Below are positions 37,024 to 50,409 of a DNA stretch of 64,000 nucleotides, in pieces. How positions within the stretch are numbered: the stretch's first letter is position 1; the number at the start of each line of letters is the position of its first letter. This DNA is from Leucoraja ocellata (lineage: Eukaryota), in the NCBI GenBank assembly GCA_036785375.1, contig JAWMAR010000244.1:1426001-1490000 (forward strand). The letters are read 5' to 3'. Below the pieces are notes generated by a model. The model was not told where the DNA came from, searched no databases, and worked only from the letters and a program-made list of their open reading frames with translations. Made by a program: the position numbers and the translations under genes.

Positions 37024-38274
37024 GGCAGTAAACCAATTAAAAGCATGGTTAGCTCTGCTTGGGTTGAGTACTCCTGCAATTAATGTTTACTATGGAGTTG
37101 GCACACATACCTGCATCAAGGCAATGAATGCAATTTCATCACCACCACCACCACCACCAGGCACCATTAAACATCAAAGCACAGAGAGGGGGTTCCTAAC
37201 CTCTGAACCTGCTTTGTTTAGTGCATTTATACAAAATTGGTCCAATGTTACCTGGAAGCAGACATTATCTCAGTTGGTTTAAATTACCACAGTGCAAAGG
37301 AATTTTTCAACATAAGTGTTAAATATTGCATCACAACCTGTGGCTTTGTTGATCACTTAATGCATCCAGAGACATTGGCTATCTTTATTGTTATAGTGTG
37401 TCTCTGTAAATACTTCTCATCAAATGAAACACTGGACTAATTATTGGACTGACTGGTCTGATAGTATTATTTTCTCATGGGGATATAGTAGTCTCCACAG
37501 AACAATTACCCATACTGAAATTCAAGAGCTCACTCATCAGAAAATCATGGCAAATGTTGTTATACGTTTTAGCATGCTGCTGCATTCTTAAGAAGGTTCC
37601 CTTCCAAATTTGACAATTGCTTTTGTCATTTCCTTCATTCTATGTTCTCCTCAAATTATTAACAAACCTGAGCCCTTTTCTCCTCCCATTTATAGCTTGT
37701 GACATACCAGTCCAAGGAAAGTTGTGCTTTGAATTAATTACAAGATCACAATAAATTGAGAAATCCTCTCACATTTCTTCAAAGTTTCAACTGTTTATTT
37801 ATAATATTTAGCCTAAAGAGAACGTGTGAACCTTTAGTCCCAGTTTGAAAATATTTGTCCATGCAATTAATTTTTGTAGTTGTTGCAATTTCAGTCCTGT
37901 ACTCTGTGTAAGCTTAAATCACATTAATATGTTGTATTTTGCAGTGAATGGCAAATGAACAAGTGGAACAAAAAAAAAGTTTTTTTTGTACCTCCTCACA
38001 GACAAGTTTCCAGGGCACTTACCAAGGGGATTCCGATCATTCAAATATCAAATGAATATAGACCATCAGGGACTAACTAAAACAGGATGAGCAACTAATA
38101 GAAAATGTCAGAATATTGAATTCTGAGATAAAAGTCAAAACGATAGAGGGGAAAAATACGATTAATGGTTAGAGATTAAAAGATAAAAAAGTAGGTAAAA
38201 TATGGCGGTTAAATCCCTGTGCCTGATATTGCCATTTCTCAGCAAAACAGCATGTAACAAAGCTCAATTGATCA

Positions 38275-39399
38275 AAATGATCGGAGTGGCGGCGCGGATC
38301 TGGCTGCAGCGGCTTACCGGCAGTCCCGTTGTTTTGTGTTTTTTATGTTAAACTAAGTCTAGTTTTTTGGTTTTAGCTTGTGTTTTTTGGGGGGGGGGGG
38401 GTGGTTGAAACGGGGTTTGCAGTCTCTCCCTGCGGGGGAATACGACCTTTTTGTCGTATTCCCCTTCTCTGCCTCCGTCTACGCTGAGGCCTAATGGAGC
38501 TGGCGACCTCGAGGCTCCGGAGGCAGAGCACCGTCAGGACTCGCCCTGAGCTCGCTCCCGTGAGGGTGGTCCAGCTCAGGGCTGGAAGAGGTTGGGACGC
38601 TCCCGTGAGGGTGGCCAGCCCGAGGGTGGAACGAGGCTCCCGTCGGAGCGGCCGAGCTCGGGAAGGTGCGGCGCTGGCAGCCCGAGGGAAGTTCGGCGCC
38701 CAAGTCGGGGCAGCCCAGCCCGGGGAAGAAGCTACGCCCAAGTCGGGGCGGCCCGGTCTGGGGGAGGTTCAGCGCCCAAGTCGGGGCGGCCCAGTCCGGG
38801 GGAGGTTCGGCGCCCAAGTCGGGGCGGCCCGGTCCGGGGGAGGTTCGGCGTCCAAGTCGGGGCGGCCCAGCCCGAGGGAGAGCGACGCCCAAGTCGGGGC
38901 GGCCCAGCCCGAGGGAGGTTCGGCGCCCATGTCGTGCGGCCCGGTCCGGGGGAGAAGCGACGCCCATGTCGGGGCTGCCCGGTCCGGGGAAGAAGCGACG
39001 CCCATGTCCGGGGCGGCCCAGCCCGAGGCTGAAGACGGCGCAGTACTCACGTGAGGGTGGCTGGGACGGTGTCCTGGCGGTGGTGGCCTGAGTCCGGGGT
39101 TTGGCCGCGGGCCAGCGGCTGCGTCTGCAGGACTGCTGGGCGGCAGCTTCAACCACCCCGGGCTGTGGTGTTTGAGCCGCGGGACTGTTCTTAACATCGC
39201 CCGGGTGGGGGGGGGGGGGTATGGCCCCAGCCAGAGGGATAAGATGAGGGAAGAGACTGCAGACCTAAGACTTTTGCCTCCATCACAGTGAGGAGATGCT
39301 GGGTGGACTCACTGTGGTGGATGTTAAGATGTGTTTATTGTTGTTTTATTGTATTGTATTATATGTATGACTGCTGCAATTTCGTTCAGACTTCGGCCT
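38275..39399 (+). mobile_element. GC-rich non-coding retroposon with central VNTR
   Basis: GC-rich 5' leader, T-rich/poly-G block, about 9 copies of a ~38-40 bp unit, 3' stem CCATCACAGTGAG...CTCACTGTGGTGG (39280-39320); tail runs into an N gap. Confidence 0.7.
38690..39030. repeat. GC-rich ~38-40 bp minisatellite
   Basis: Unit CGCCCAAGTCGGGGCGGCCC(A/G)G(T/C)CCG(G/A)GGGAGGTTCGG and variants. Confidence 0.9.
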
Positions 39400-39874
39400 N
39401 NNNNNNNNNNNNNNNNNNNNNNNNNNNNNNNNNNNNNNNNNNNNNNNNNNNNNNNNNNNNNNNNNNNNNNNNNNNNNNNNNNNNNNNNNNNNNNNNNNNN
39501 NNNNNNNNNNNNNNNNNNNNNNNNNNNNNNNNNNNNNNNNNNNNNNNNNNNNNNNNNNNNNNNNNNNNNNNNNNNTGGACTGTGACACAGAACTGTGACA
39601 CAAAACAACACTGGATTGTCCAGCAGTGCAGCCTCCGTATCTCACTGTCAGCATCCTGAGCCAACATCATCTCCATCCATAGTCCTTTACAAACAGCCAT
39701 CCATCTGGTGCCTGACTTGTTCCATATGAGACTCAAAAGCAACTGCATGCAACAGGGTAGGAAATGAAATTTTGCTAGAAAATTACAATTTAAAAACGTG
39801 GACTGCATATTTAACGTTTGATTCAATTACAGGTAAAAATTGTTTAAATCCTGACTAGCGAAATAACGCTGATC

Positions 39875-40186
39875 TATGGACGAGGACGGACCACGTTGGA
39901 GTGAGGTCGCCGCTGCCAAAGGAAGGAACAAAGGAGGACCCGGCATGGGGGGACCACTGTGAGGGGAGTAGCAATAGACAATGGAGGATCCATGGGGACC
40001 GCCATGAGGAGGGCGGGGGGAGAACGAAGGGGGATGGCGCAGATACTGTGTATACTTTGCAACTTTGTCAGCCCCCTTATGTGGTGACTACTTGCATACC
40101 TTGAGTATGTAAGCAAACAATATCACTGTGACTTGTCACATGTGACAATAACGTATTCATTCATAAAGTATTAATTCATTCATTCA
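39875..40186 (+). mobile_element. Short non-coding retroposon with (ATTC)n tail
   Basis: G-rich body, TGTCACATGTGACA palindrome before the tail; second copy at 4235-4440. Confidence 0.55.
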
Positions 40187-41138
40187 TGATTTAACCAAAT
40201 CTAATAATATTTCAGTTTCAATATGATTCTGAGCCCTCAACCCCTCACCTGTGGGTACATAAGATGACCAAGGGTGCACTACGCAGTTTCATTGAACTAT
40301 TGTCCATGAGCCTCTCTGAGGATATTTCTGTTTTGAACAGAGCCACTGCTGATAGGTTTGCAGCTGCAAATTAACCCTGCAGGACCTTTGGAGATGTAGG
40401 GGCGTGAACGCGTCAAAAATTTGAGCTTATTTACTTTTGGTTGATTAATGAGGATGTTGTTGATTCCCAGCCAAGAAAAATATCATCCTTACGTCTAACC
40501 TATCAAGCAATGTAGGAATTTTGTTTATTTAATAGATATTACTGGTTGAAAAGGTTTACTTTTATCCACCCAACTAGTTATATCCTCAAGGATATATATT
40601 TGTCTGCGAACATTAAAGTACTGCCTGAGAAGTAGCTTCTCTCTGATATAGAATAAAAATAATTTTAATGCAGTCCTACTTGGTCAGTAAGACCTGCCCG
40701 ATAAAATGTTGTTGAGGTCAAGAACAGCTTCAAGGATAATCACTATCTTGAAATCAAAGGCTGAATACTTCCTCCACAGACTGCACTTAGAGAGAGCCAT
40801 AGAAGTTCCCTGGGAATGTTCATCATCCTGAAATGCATCTTCCTCTCCTCAGCCAGTGCTGTCTCCTTATGGCGTTTTGGGATGATGATACATGCAACAC
40901 TGATTGTTTCAATCCTCTGGCCGTGAATTGCCCTACATCTTTAGACCTCGCTGAGCACAGACATATATGATATTGTAATGGTCCCAATGCCAGCCTTAAA
41001 ATAGATCCGTTCTATCCCAACTTTTTGCTTTATTTCCTTTAATGACCTTTCTGATTTCAAGAAAGTGATTGTCCTTCAAGTTGTCTTAAACTTCAATGAC
41101 ATTATGTTGAACAAGTCTTACTCAAGTAGGAGTGCATT

Positions 41139-41240
41139 AAGATAGACACAAAATGCTGGAGTAACTCAGTGGGCCAGGCAGCATCGCTGGAGAGAAGGAA
41201 TGGGTGACCTTTTGGGTCGAGACCCTTCTTCAGACTGCAA
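41139..41240 (-). mobile_element. Penelope-derived short repeat with 12-bp TSD (hammerhead core mutated)
   Basis: TSD TAGGAGTGCATT at 41127-41138 and 41241-41252. Minus strand CTGAAGAAGGGTCTCGACCCAAAAGGTC has lost GAAA. Confidence 0.75.
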
Positions 41241-41529
41241 TAGGAGTGCATTGATATTCCTTCCATTCTATATCAGATGGATGCCACTTCTCAAATATTA
41301 ATTTAATGTTCACAAACAAATATAAATGGTTGAGGACATCTGCTCTTCAATAGTCTTAATAGTTATCTCCACAGGTGAGGTAGAGACGAACTGAATGATT
41401 CTAAATAATTGCTTTGAGGAAGCTGCAGTGTGTAACAATCACAAAGGATCAGTTAGGGAACATCTACAACGCATACAACATTCAGGGAAGGGGATTCCTT
41501 CATGTTTATGAGTCAGCAGATCTTTTTTA

Positions 41530-43402
41530 CAGAAAAAGCAGCCTACCAGAGGACTGGGAGAAATTCAGAGTCCATCAGAGGAGGACAAAGATCTTAATTA
41601 GGAAAGGGAAAATAGATTATGAAAGAAAACTGGCAGGGCACAGCAAAAGCTTTTAAAGATATGTGAAGAGAAAAAGATTAATTAAAACAAATGTAGGTCC
41701 CTTGCAGTCAGAAACAGGTGAATTGATGATGGGGAACATGGACATGGCAGACCAATTGAATAACTACTTTGGTTCTGTCTTCACTAAGGAAGACATAAAT
41801 AATTTGCTGGAAATAGCAGGGGACCGGGGGTCAAATAAGATGGAGGAACTGAGTGAAATCAAGGTTAGTCAGGAAGTGGTGTTAGGTAAATTGAATGGAT
41901 TAAAGGCCGATAAATCCCCAGGGCCAGATAGGCTGCATCCCAGAACGCTTAAGGAAGTAGGCCCAGAAATAGTGGATGCATTAGTGATAATTTTTGAAAA
42001 CTCTATAGATTCTGGAGTAGTTCCCAAGGATTAGAGTGTAGCTAATGTAACCCCACTTTTTAAAAAGGGAGGGAGAGAAAAAACGGGGAACTACAGACCA
42101 GTTAGTCTCACATCGGTAGTGGGGATACTGCTAGAGTCAGTTATTAAAGATGGGATAGCAGCACATTTGAAAAGTGGTGAAATCATTGGACAAGGTCAGC
42201 ATGGATTTATGAAAGGTAAATCTTGTCTGACGAATCTTATAGAATTTTTCGAGGATGTAACTAGTAGAGTGGATAAGGAGAACCAGTGGATGTGTTATAT
42301 CTGGACTTTCAGAAGGCTTTTGACAAGGTCCCACATAAGAGATTAGTATGCAAACGTAAAGCACACGGTATTGGGGGTTCTTTATTGATGTGGATAGAGA
42401 ACTGGCTGGCAGACAGGAAGCAAAGAGTAGGAGTAAACTGGTCCTTTTCACAATGGCAGGCAGTGACTAGTGGGGTACCGCAAGGCTCAGTGCTGGGACC
42501 CCAGCTATTTACAATATATATTAAAGGTTGTGGATGAGGGAATTGAATGCAACATCTCCAAGTTTGCGGATGACAGGAAGCTGGGGGGCAGTGTTCGCTG
42601 TGAGGAGGATGTTAGGAGGCTGTAAGGTGACTTGGATAGTTTGGGTGAGTGGGCAAATGCATGGCAGATGCAGTATAATGTGGATAAATGTGAGGTTATC
42701 CACTTTGGTGGCAAGAACAGGAAAGTAGATTATTATTTGAATGGTGGCCGATTGGGAAAGGGGGAGATGCAACGAGACCTGGATGTCATGGTACACCAGT
42801 CATTGAAAGTAGGCATACAGGTGCAGCAGGCAGTGAAGAAAGCGAATGGCATGTTAGCATTCATAGCAAAAGGATTTGAGTATAGGAGCGGGGAGGTTCT
42901 ACTGCAGTTGTACAGGGTCTTGGTGAGACCACACCTGGAGTATTGCGTACAGTTTTGGTCTCCAAATCTGAGGAAGGACATTATCGCCATAGATGTAGTG
43001 CAGAGAAGGTTCACCAGACTGATTCCTGGGATGTCAGGACTTTCATATGAAGAAAGACTGGATAGACTTGGTTTGTACTCGCTAGAATTTAGAAGATTCA
43101 GGGGCGATCTTATAGAAACTTACAAAATTCTTAAAGGCTTGGACAGGCTAGATGCAGGAAGATTGTTCCCGATGTTGGGGAAGTCCAGGACAAGGGATCA
43201 CAGTTTAAGGATAGAGGGGAAATCCTTTAGGACCGAAATGAGAAAAAAAAATTCCGCACAGGGAGTGGTGAATCTCTGGAACTCTCTGCCACAGAAGGTA
43301 GTTGAGGCCAGTTCATCGGCTATATTTAAGAGGGAGTTAGTTGTGGCCCTTGTGGCTAAAGGGATCAGGGGGTATGGAGAGAAGGCAGGTACGGGATACT
43401 GA
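41530..43402 (+). mobile_element. CR1 LINE ORF2 (long fragment with frameshifts, no 3'UTR)
   Basis: KSPGPD, NYRPVSLT, QHGFMKGKSCLTNL, YLDFQKAFDKVPH, GVPQGSVLGP and KFADD motifs. Confidence 0.95.
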
Positions 43403-45326
43403 GGTGGATGATTAGGAAAAGGGAAGATACAACACGACCTGGGTGTCATGGTACACCAGTCATTGAAAGTTGTCATTCAGGTGCAGAAGGCAGTGAAGAA
43501 AGCGAATGGTATGTTTGCATTCATAGCAAAAGGATTTGAGTATAGGAGCATTGAAGTTCTACTGCAGTTGAACAGAGCCTTGGTGAGACCACACCTGGAG
43601 TACTGCGTACAGTTTTGGTCTCCAAATCTGAGGAAAGACATTCTTGCCATAGAGGGAGTACAGAGAATCAGATTCAGATCCAGATTCAACTTTAATTGTC
43701 ATTGTCAGTGTACAGTACAGAGACAACAAAATGCAGTTAACATCTCCCTGGAAGAGCTACTTAGAATATGATTTCAATAAATAAATCTATTTACATGTAT
43801 ACAGATATAGTGTTTTTCCTGTGGGAGGAGCGTCCGGGGGGGGGGGGGGGGGGGGTTGATTGGCGACCTGCTGGTCCGGCAACGGAGAGACCTGTAGCGC
43901 CTCCCGGATGGTAGGAGGGTAAACAGTCCATGGTTGGGGTGAGAGCAGTCCTTGGCGATGCTGAGCACCCTCCGCAGACAACGCTTGCTTTGGACAGACT
44001 CAATGGAGGGGAGCGAGGAACCGGTGATGCGTTGGGCAATTTTCACCACCCTCTGCAGTGCTTTCTGGTTGGAGACAGAGCAGTTGCCATACAATACTGT
44101 GATACAGTTAGTAAGGATGCTCTCGATGGTGCAGCAGTAGCAGTTCACCAAGATCCGAGGAGACAGATGGACCTTCTTCAGTCTGCTCAGGAAGAAGAGA
44201 CGCTGGTGAGACTTCTTGACCAGAGTTGAGGTATTGTGGGTCCAAGAGAGGTCATCAGAGATGTTGACCCCCAGAAACCTGAAGCTGGAAACACGTTCCA
44301 CCTCCGTCCTGTTGATGTGGATGGGGTTGTGCGTGCCGCCCCTAGACTTCCTGAAGTCTACAATGAGCACCTTGGTCTTCTTCGAGTTAAGGGCCAGGTT
44401 GTTGTCAGCGCACCATGCTGCTAGGTGCTGGACCTCCTCCCTATAGGCCGACTCATCGTTGTTGCTGATGAGGCCAATCACCCTTGTATTCTCTGCATAT
44501 TTGATGATGGTGTTAGTACCATGTACAGGTGTGCAGTCGTAGGTGAAGAGGGAGTAGAGGAGGGGGCTCAGCACACAGCCCTGTGGAACGCCGGTGTTCA
44601 GGGTGAGGGTTGAAGAGGTGTGCTTGTCTAACCTAACAAACTGGGGCCTGTTGGTTAGAAAGTCCAGTATCCAGTTGCAGAGGGAGGGGTCGATGCCCAG
44701 GTTACAGAGTTTGGTGATCAGTTTAGATGGAATAATGGTGTTGAATGCTGAGCTGTAATCGATGAACAGCATTCTTACGTAAGTCTCTTTGTTGTCGAGG
44801 TGGGAAAGGGCGGAGTGAAGTGCCGTTGAGAAGGTTCCCCAGACTGATTCCTGGGATGGCAGGACTTTCATATGAAGAAAGATTGGATAGACTCGGCTTG
44901 TACTCGCTAGAATTTAGAAGATTGAGGGGGTATCTTATAGAAACTTACAAAATGTTTAAAGGGTTGGACAGGCTAGATGCAGGAAGATTGTTCCCAATGA
45001 TAAGGATGTCCAGAACAAGGGGTCACAGTTTAAAGATAAGGGGGAAGTCTTTTAGGACCGAGATGAGAATTTTTTTTTTCACACAGAGTGTGGTGAATCT
45101 GTGGAATTCTCTGCCACAGAAAGTGGTTGAGGCCAGTTCATTGGCTATATTTACAAGGGAGTTAGATGTGGCACTTGGAGCTAAAGGGATCAGGGGTTAT
45201 GGAGAGAAAGCAGGTACAGGATACTGAGTTGGATGATCAACCATGATCATATTGAACGGTGGTGCAGGCTCGAAGGGCCGAATGGCCTACTCCTGCACCT
45301 AATTTCTATGTTTCTATGTTTCTATG
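43403..45326 (+). mobile_element. Second CR1 3' segment in tandem, interrupted by Rex1
   Basis: 43403-43667 plus 44828-45227 repeats 42745-43402; complete 3'UTR and (TTTCTATG)n tail. Confidence 0.92.
43668..44827 (-). mobile_element. Rex1/Babar LINE, 5'-truncated, inserted in CR1
   Basis: [21 protein letters not shown], catalytic motif degenerate (KYAEN); (GAATCT)n tail; 5-bp TSD GAGAA (43663-67 / 44828-32). Confidence 0.93.
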
Positions 45327-45559
45327 TATTGAAACCCCATTCTCGAGAGAATCCCGCATTGCAGAAGAACTTGTCCATGTCCCTGACTAAGCAAACAAGC
45401 TGTCATGATTAGCCTGAGATAAGTTATATAACTCTCCTGTGGCTCTTTAAAACTATCTAGTGTACAATGGTTCTGGCACAATCTCACTTCCTAGGCTCTC
45501 TTGGACAACTCTTGAATACTGACCTACTCCTGGAGATCTCTGAAAGCAACATTGTATTT

Positions 45560-46060
45560 TGAGTCATAGAGTCATACAGCATAGAAACATGCCCTTTGGC
45601 CCAACTTGCCCATACCAACCAACATGTCCCATCTACACTAGAGCCACATGCCTGCATTTGGCCCACATCCCTCTAAACCTATCCTTTCCACATACCTGTC
45701 TAAATGTTTCTTAAACTTTGCAATAGTACCTGCCTCACCTATCTCCTCCGGCACCTCATTCCATACACCCACCACCCTTTGCGTAAAAAAGATACACCTC
45801 AGGTTCCTATTAAATCTTTCCCCCTCATCTTAAAGCTATGCCCTCTGGTTCTGGATTCCCCTACTATTGAAAATAAACTCTGTGCCTGTACCTGCTCTAT
45901 TCTTCTCATGATTTGTACACCTCTATAAGATCACCCTTCATCCTCTTGTAGGCTAAGGAATAGAGTCCGAGCCTGTTCAAACTCTCCCTGTAGCTTAGGC
46001 ACTCACGTCCTGGCAACATCCTCGTAAATCATCTCTGCAACCTTTCCAGCTTGAAAACAT
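45560..46060 (-). mobile_element. Old CR1 3' fragment
   Basis: (GAGTCATA)n tail and GCCCTTTGGCCCAACTTGCCCAT 3'UTR. Confidence 0.8.
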
Positions 46061-46679
46061 TTGACCACAAAGTTGAGAGTAAGATCTGGTGGAATGGTAT
46101 GTGCAATTGCAATCGTCCACAGATTCTTAGACCATCATTAATGGTCCAGTTTCAGTGCACATTTCTGTTTCAAAACCATTCTGAAACATCTAACTCCTCG
46201 GTAGTCCATGTGTTCAGTGACTGAACTCTGCCTGGCCTATAGGGTTTAAGTCCAACATGATATGCAGGGTGTTTAGCCAGAAAACTCTTGTGCAAGAACC
46301 TCTGACACTCAGTCAGAAATAAACATTGTGACACGTAGGATGGGTGGATTCACAAAAGTACCAACAATTGTGGAAAATTACATCTGATTCATTAATAACA
46401 CACTGGCAACATAATCTAATTGATCATAAATGTCTTTGATTCTATCAGCTCAATCATAGCATGCCATTTAAAAAAAATAAAGCCATGGGGTCAAATTGGA
46501 TCAGAATGCCAGCTGGCTGCCTAAGATGAGAAATCTTCTCTCAGAGTGAAACCTGTAAAGGCTGGACAAGGTTTGTGTGGCTTTTTATATAAAAAATGAA
46601 AAGGAATACATTTGCTGAACTAAATGATCTGTATTTGTCGGCTTTCTTTAAATTGTTCATTAAAATCTAGTTGTCAGCT

Positions 46680-46785
46680 CTGGCTCACTAGGTAGTATTC
46701 ACACCTCTGAGTCAGAAGGCTGTGTGTTTCAGTCCCAATTCAAAGACATGAAATGATAATGTAGATTATAGATAATATTGATGAA
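46680..46785 (+). mobile_element. SacSINE1-like tRNA-derived head
   Basis: TGGCTCACTAGGTAG...CCTCTGAGTCAGAAGGCTGTG.GTTTCAGTCCCA with A/B-box-like spacing. Confidence 0.45.
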
Positions 46786-47217
46786 AGTACTACGTTAACA
46801 ATACAGGGAATGTGAATTCAAATCGCTTCCCCATACATATAATTGAGAATATCCATTCAACCGTTAGACCAATAATAAATCACCCTTTTTATAGTATCAG
46901 TCTGCAAATAGAGAGGTGCACGGATCAGTGTTCAGACAACAGATATTTACAATCTATAAAGATGAATTAGGTGAGGAATTAGTTATAGTATATCAAAATA
47001 TGCTGATATAACAAAGTTCAATTATAAAATAGCCTTTACAGAGGCTAAAGAGAAAGGTTAAGTGAGTGAATGAGCAAGAATATGGTGGATGCCATAAAAA
47101 TTAAAGAGATGTAATAACAATGAGTGTCAATGAAAATGAATACTTTTATCTGGCAGAATGTAATTGCTGATATGTAGAGGGGTCACAGTAGCCTTGAGCA
47201 CAACTTAAGCATTAAAA

Positions 47218-48405
47218 GGATTGGTCCAAGTCAGCATGGATTTATGAAGGGGAAATCCTGCTTGACTAATCTTCTGGAATGTTTTGAGAATGTGACAAGT
47301 AAAATAGATGGAGAGCCAGTGGACGTAGTGTAGCTGGACTTTCAGAAAGCCTTTGATAAGGTCCCCCACTGGAGATTAAAGGGAAAAATCAGAGCACATG
47401 CTATTGGGGGTAAGGTATTGACATGGATAGAGAATTGGTTGGCTGACAGGAAACAAAGAGTAGGAATAAACAGATCCCTGTCAGAATGGAGAGTCGAGTG
47501 CTACAAGGCTCGGTGCTGGGGCCGCAACTATTTACAATATATTTTAATGATTTAGATGATGGAATTAAAAGGAACACGAGCAAATTTGCAGATGACACAA
47601 AGCTGTGTGGCAGTGTGAACTGTGAAGAGGATGCTAGGAGGTTGCAGGGTGACTTGGACAGGTTGAGTGAGTGGGCAGATGCATGGCAGATGCAGTATAA
47701 TGTACATAAATGTGAAGTTATCCACTTTGGCGGCAAGAACAAGGAGGCAGATTATTATCTCAATGGTGTCAGATTAAGAAATAGGATTTGAGTATAGGAG
47801 TAAAGAGGTCCTTCTGCAGTTGTACAGGGCCATGGTGAGACCACATCTGGAGTATTGTGTGCAGTTTTGTTCTCCTAATTTGAGGAAGGACATCCTTGCT
47901 ATTGAGGGAGTACAGCGTAGGTTCTCCCCGGGATGGCGGGACTGTCATATGAGGAAAGACTGGAAAGACTAGGCTTGTATTCATTGGCATTTAGAAGGAT
48001 GAGAGGATATCATATAGAAACATATAAAATTAAAAAAGGACTGGACAAGCTAGATGCAGGAAAAATGTTCCCAATGTTGGGGGAGTCCAGAACCAGAGGC
48101 CACAGTTTAAGAATAAGGGGTAGGCCGTTTAAAGCTGAAGAGAAAAAAACATTTTCACCCAGAAAGTTGTGAATTTGTGGAATTCACTGCCACAGAAGGC
48201 AGTGGAGGCCTATTCACTGGACTCATTCAAAAGAGAGGTAGATAGAGCTCTTAAGGCTAGCAGAATCAAGGGATATGGGGAGAAGGCAGGAATAGGGTAC
48301 TGATTGTGGATTATCAGCCATGATCATATTGAATGGTGGTGCTGGCTCGAAGGGCCGAATGGCCTCCTCCTGCACCTATTTTCTATGTGTCTATCTATGT
48401 TTCTA
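47218..48405 (+). mobile_element. CR1 LINE with internal deletions, nested in older CR1 remnants (46880-49320)
   Basis: QGSVLGPQLF, KFADDTK, GLYSL motifs; CTATGT tail. Confidence 0.9.
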
Positions 48406-49727
48406 AGATCAACATAAGTAAAAGCTTAGTTGAACAAACGAGTAAACCATCCTATCGTCATTACACAGAACATGGATGAGCTACTCCTTGTGATGTTAAT
48501 AGTCCTGTGCTATGAACTATTTTAGATACCATACCTAAGGAAGGATATATTTTCCTGGGAAGGAGTGTAGCATGATTCACCAGACTGATTTTCAGAATGG
48601 GAAATCATTTTTCACCGTGGAAAATTCAGGTAAACTAGACCAATACTCCCATGAAAACACACGGAACTGCAGATACTGACATACAAGAAAATGACACAAA
48701 GTGTTGAAGTAACTTAGTGGGTCAGGACTGACCCGCTTAGTCAATGCTCCTTTGAGTTATATTACGAAATAATGAGAGGTGATAGGTTTGAAACATGTAA
48801 AGTTTTTACTAAAGCATGACAGGGGAGACGCTGGGAAGAATTTTCTCATCACTAGGGATTGGAGAATGCAGGATCATAATTAGAGGTGGTTCATATAAAA
48901 CTGAATAAGAATTCATATTCATAAAAATAAATGAAAGATACTTTATTGTCACATGTACCGAGGTACAGTGACATGCTTTGTTTTGCCTGGGCTGTATGCA
49001 AAGCAAAGCATTTCACTGTACCTAATTACAGTACATGGGATAAGAAAGTTTCATTCATTCATTCAAAATTAAGGCAGGAGAAATTTCTACACTTATACTA
49101 CTTAAACCTTTGGAGTTCGCCCACCTAGTGGACTTTTGGGCTGGTGAGTAATGGAATACATTTGAGGCACTGACTGAAAGATTTTTGGTTCCCGAAGTAT
49201 CATGTGATACGGAGCTCATCGAGGATAATGTAGTTGAGACAGAATAACAGTCGAGAACTTATTGAAAGGTGCAGCAGACTCATGCGTTTCAATGTCCTGC
49301 TCCTTTTTCTTAGGTTTGTGTAATTGTATTTCACACTGCAGATGTAAAGGCTCGATCAGTGATTTATGAGTCTCAGGAACAATTACTGGAGATATATTTT
49401 CACTGTCATCTGTAGAAATTCCTTCTGACCTTTTTTTAACTCTGATCTATTTTACTGCTTCTTTTCTGTTGTGAATCCTTGCCCGTTTATTGCTTATTTC
49501 TTATCCGGGCTAATTGTTCCCAGTCTTTTTCATGTTTCTTTGGTCTGTTTATTTGTTAATCCAGAAATTGTCTGCTTTTCCTCAAGTGTATTTCCTTTTC
49601 CCCAGTGATTCTTCAGTCCCTGCAGGGTTAGTTCTCTGCTCCCAAGCATAATGTGTTTCTTTCCCATATACATTTCTTGGCTTTCCTCCATCTGCTCACC
49701 TATCGTGCTAATCATACAAGAGACACA

Positions 49728-50035
49728 GGGCGGCACAGTGGCGCAGCGGTAGAGTTGCTACTTTACAGAGCCTGAGTCCTGGGTTCGATTCTTTCTAGGG
49801 GTGCTGTCTATATGTAGTTTGCACATTCTCCCTGTGACCTCATAGATTTTCTCCTGGTGCTCCAGTTTCTTCCTATGTCTCAAAAATGTGCAGGTTTATA
49901 GGTTAATTGGCTTCTATAAGTTGTTCCTAGTGTATAGTCTAGAACTAGTGGTCGATGTGGACTTTGGACAGTAAAGGGTATGTTTCCACACTGTATCTGT
50001 AAATTAAACTGAGCTAAATAAAACTAAACTAAAAC
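49728..50035 (+). mobile_element. HE1-like SINE, full length
   Basis: GGGCGGCACAGTGGCGCAGCGGTAGAG (A box), GGGTTCGATTC (B box), (TAAAC)n tail. Confidence 0.88.
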
Positions 50036-50409
50036 ATAGTAATTATTATGGAGAATTGACACAAAATGCTAGAGTAACTCAGGGGGTATGGCAGCATCTC
50101 TTGAGGAAAGGTATAGGTGATATTTTGGGTCGAGTCCCTTCTTCAGACTGAGTTTGAGGAACTCATTCCAATAAACAGCAGCTGTGTGAACAGAATTGAC
50201 AACCTAGTAATCCATTAGCAGCAATTTGCCAGTCCTCCCATCAAAATCAGTTAACATGCGCACAATATTTGGAAGCCAAAGAAAACCTTTACTAATAAGC
50301 ATTAGACATGTTTGACTACACTTCATAGAAATAAAATTACCTTGACAATGAATTTATAAAGAATTTCATTATTATTCCTTAAATGTCTCAGGTTTTGTTG
50401 AAAGATTGA

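Noticed and set aside
38373-39197. Several overlapping 120-220 aa ORFs
   Set aside because: Stop-poor GC-rich VNTR that is open on both strands; translations are periodic and low-complexity.
49728-49800. tRNA gene (similar heads at 27263, 53272, 61570)
   Set aside because: A/B boxes continue into a SINE body and tail; no complete cloverleaf.
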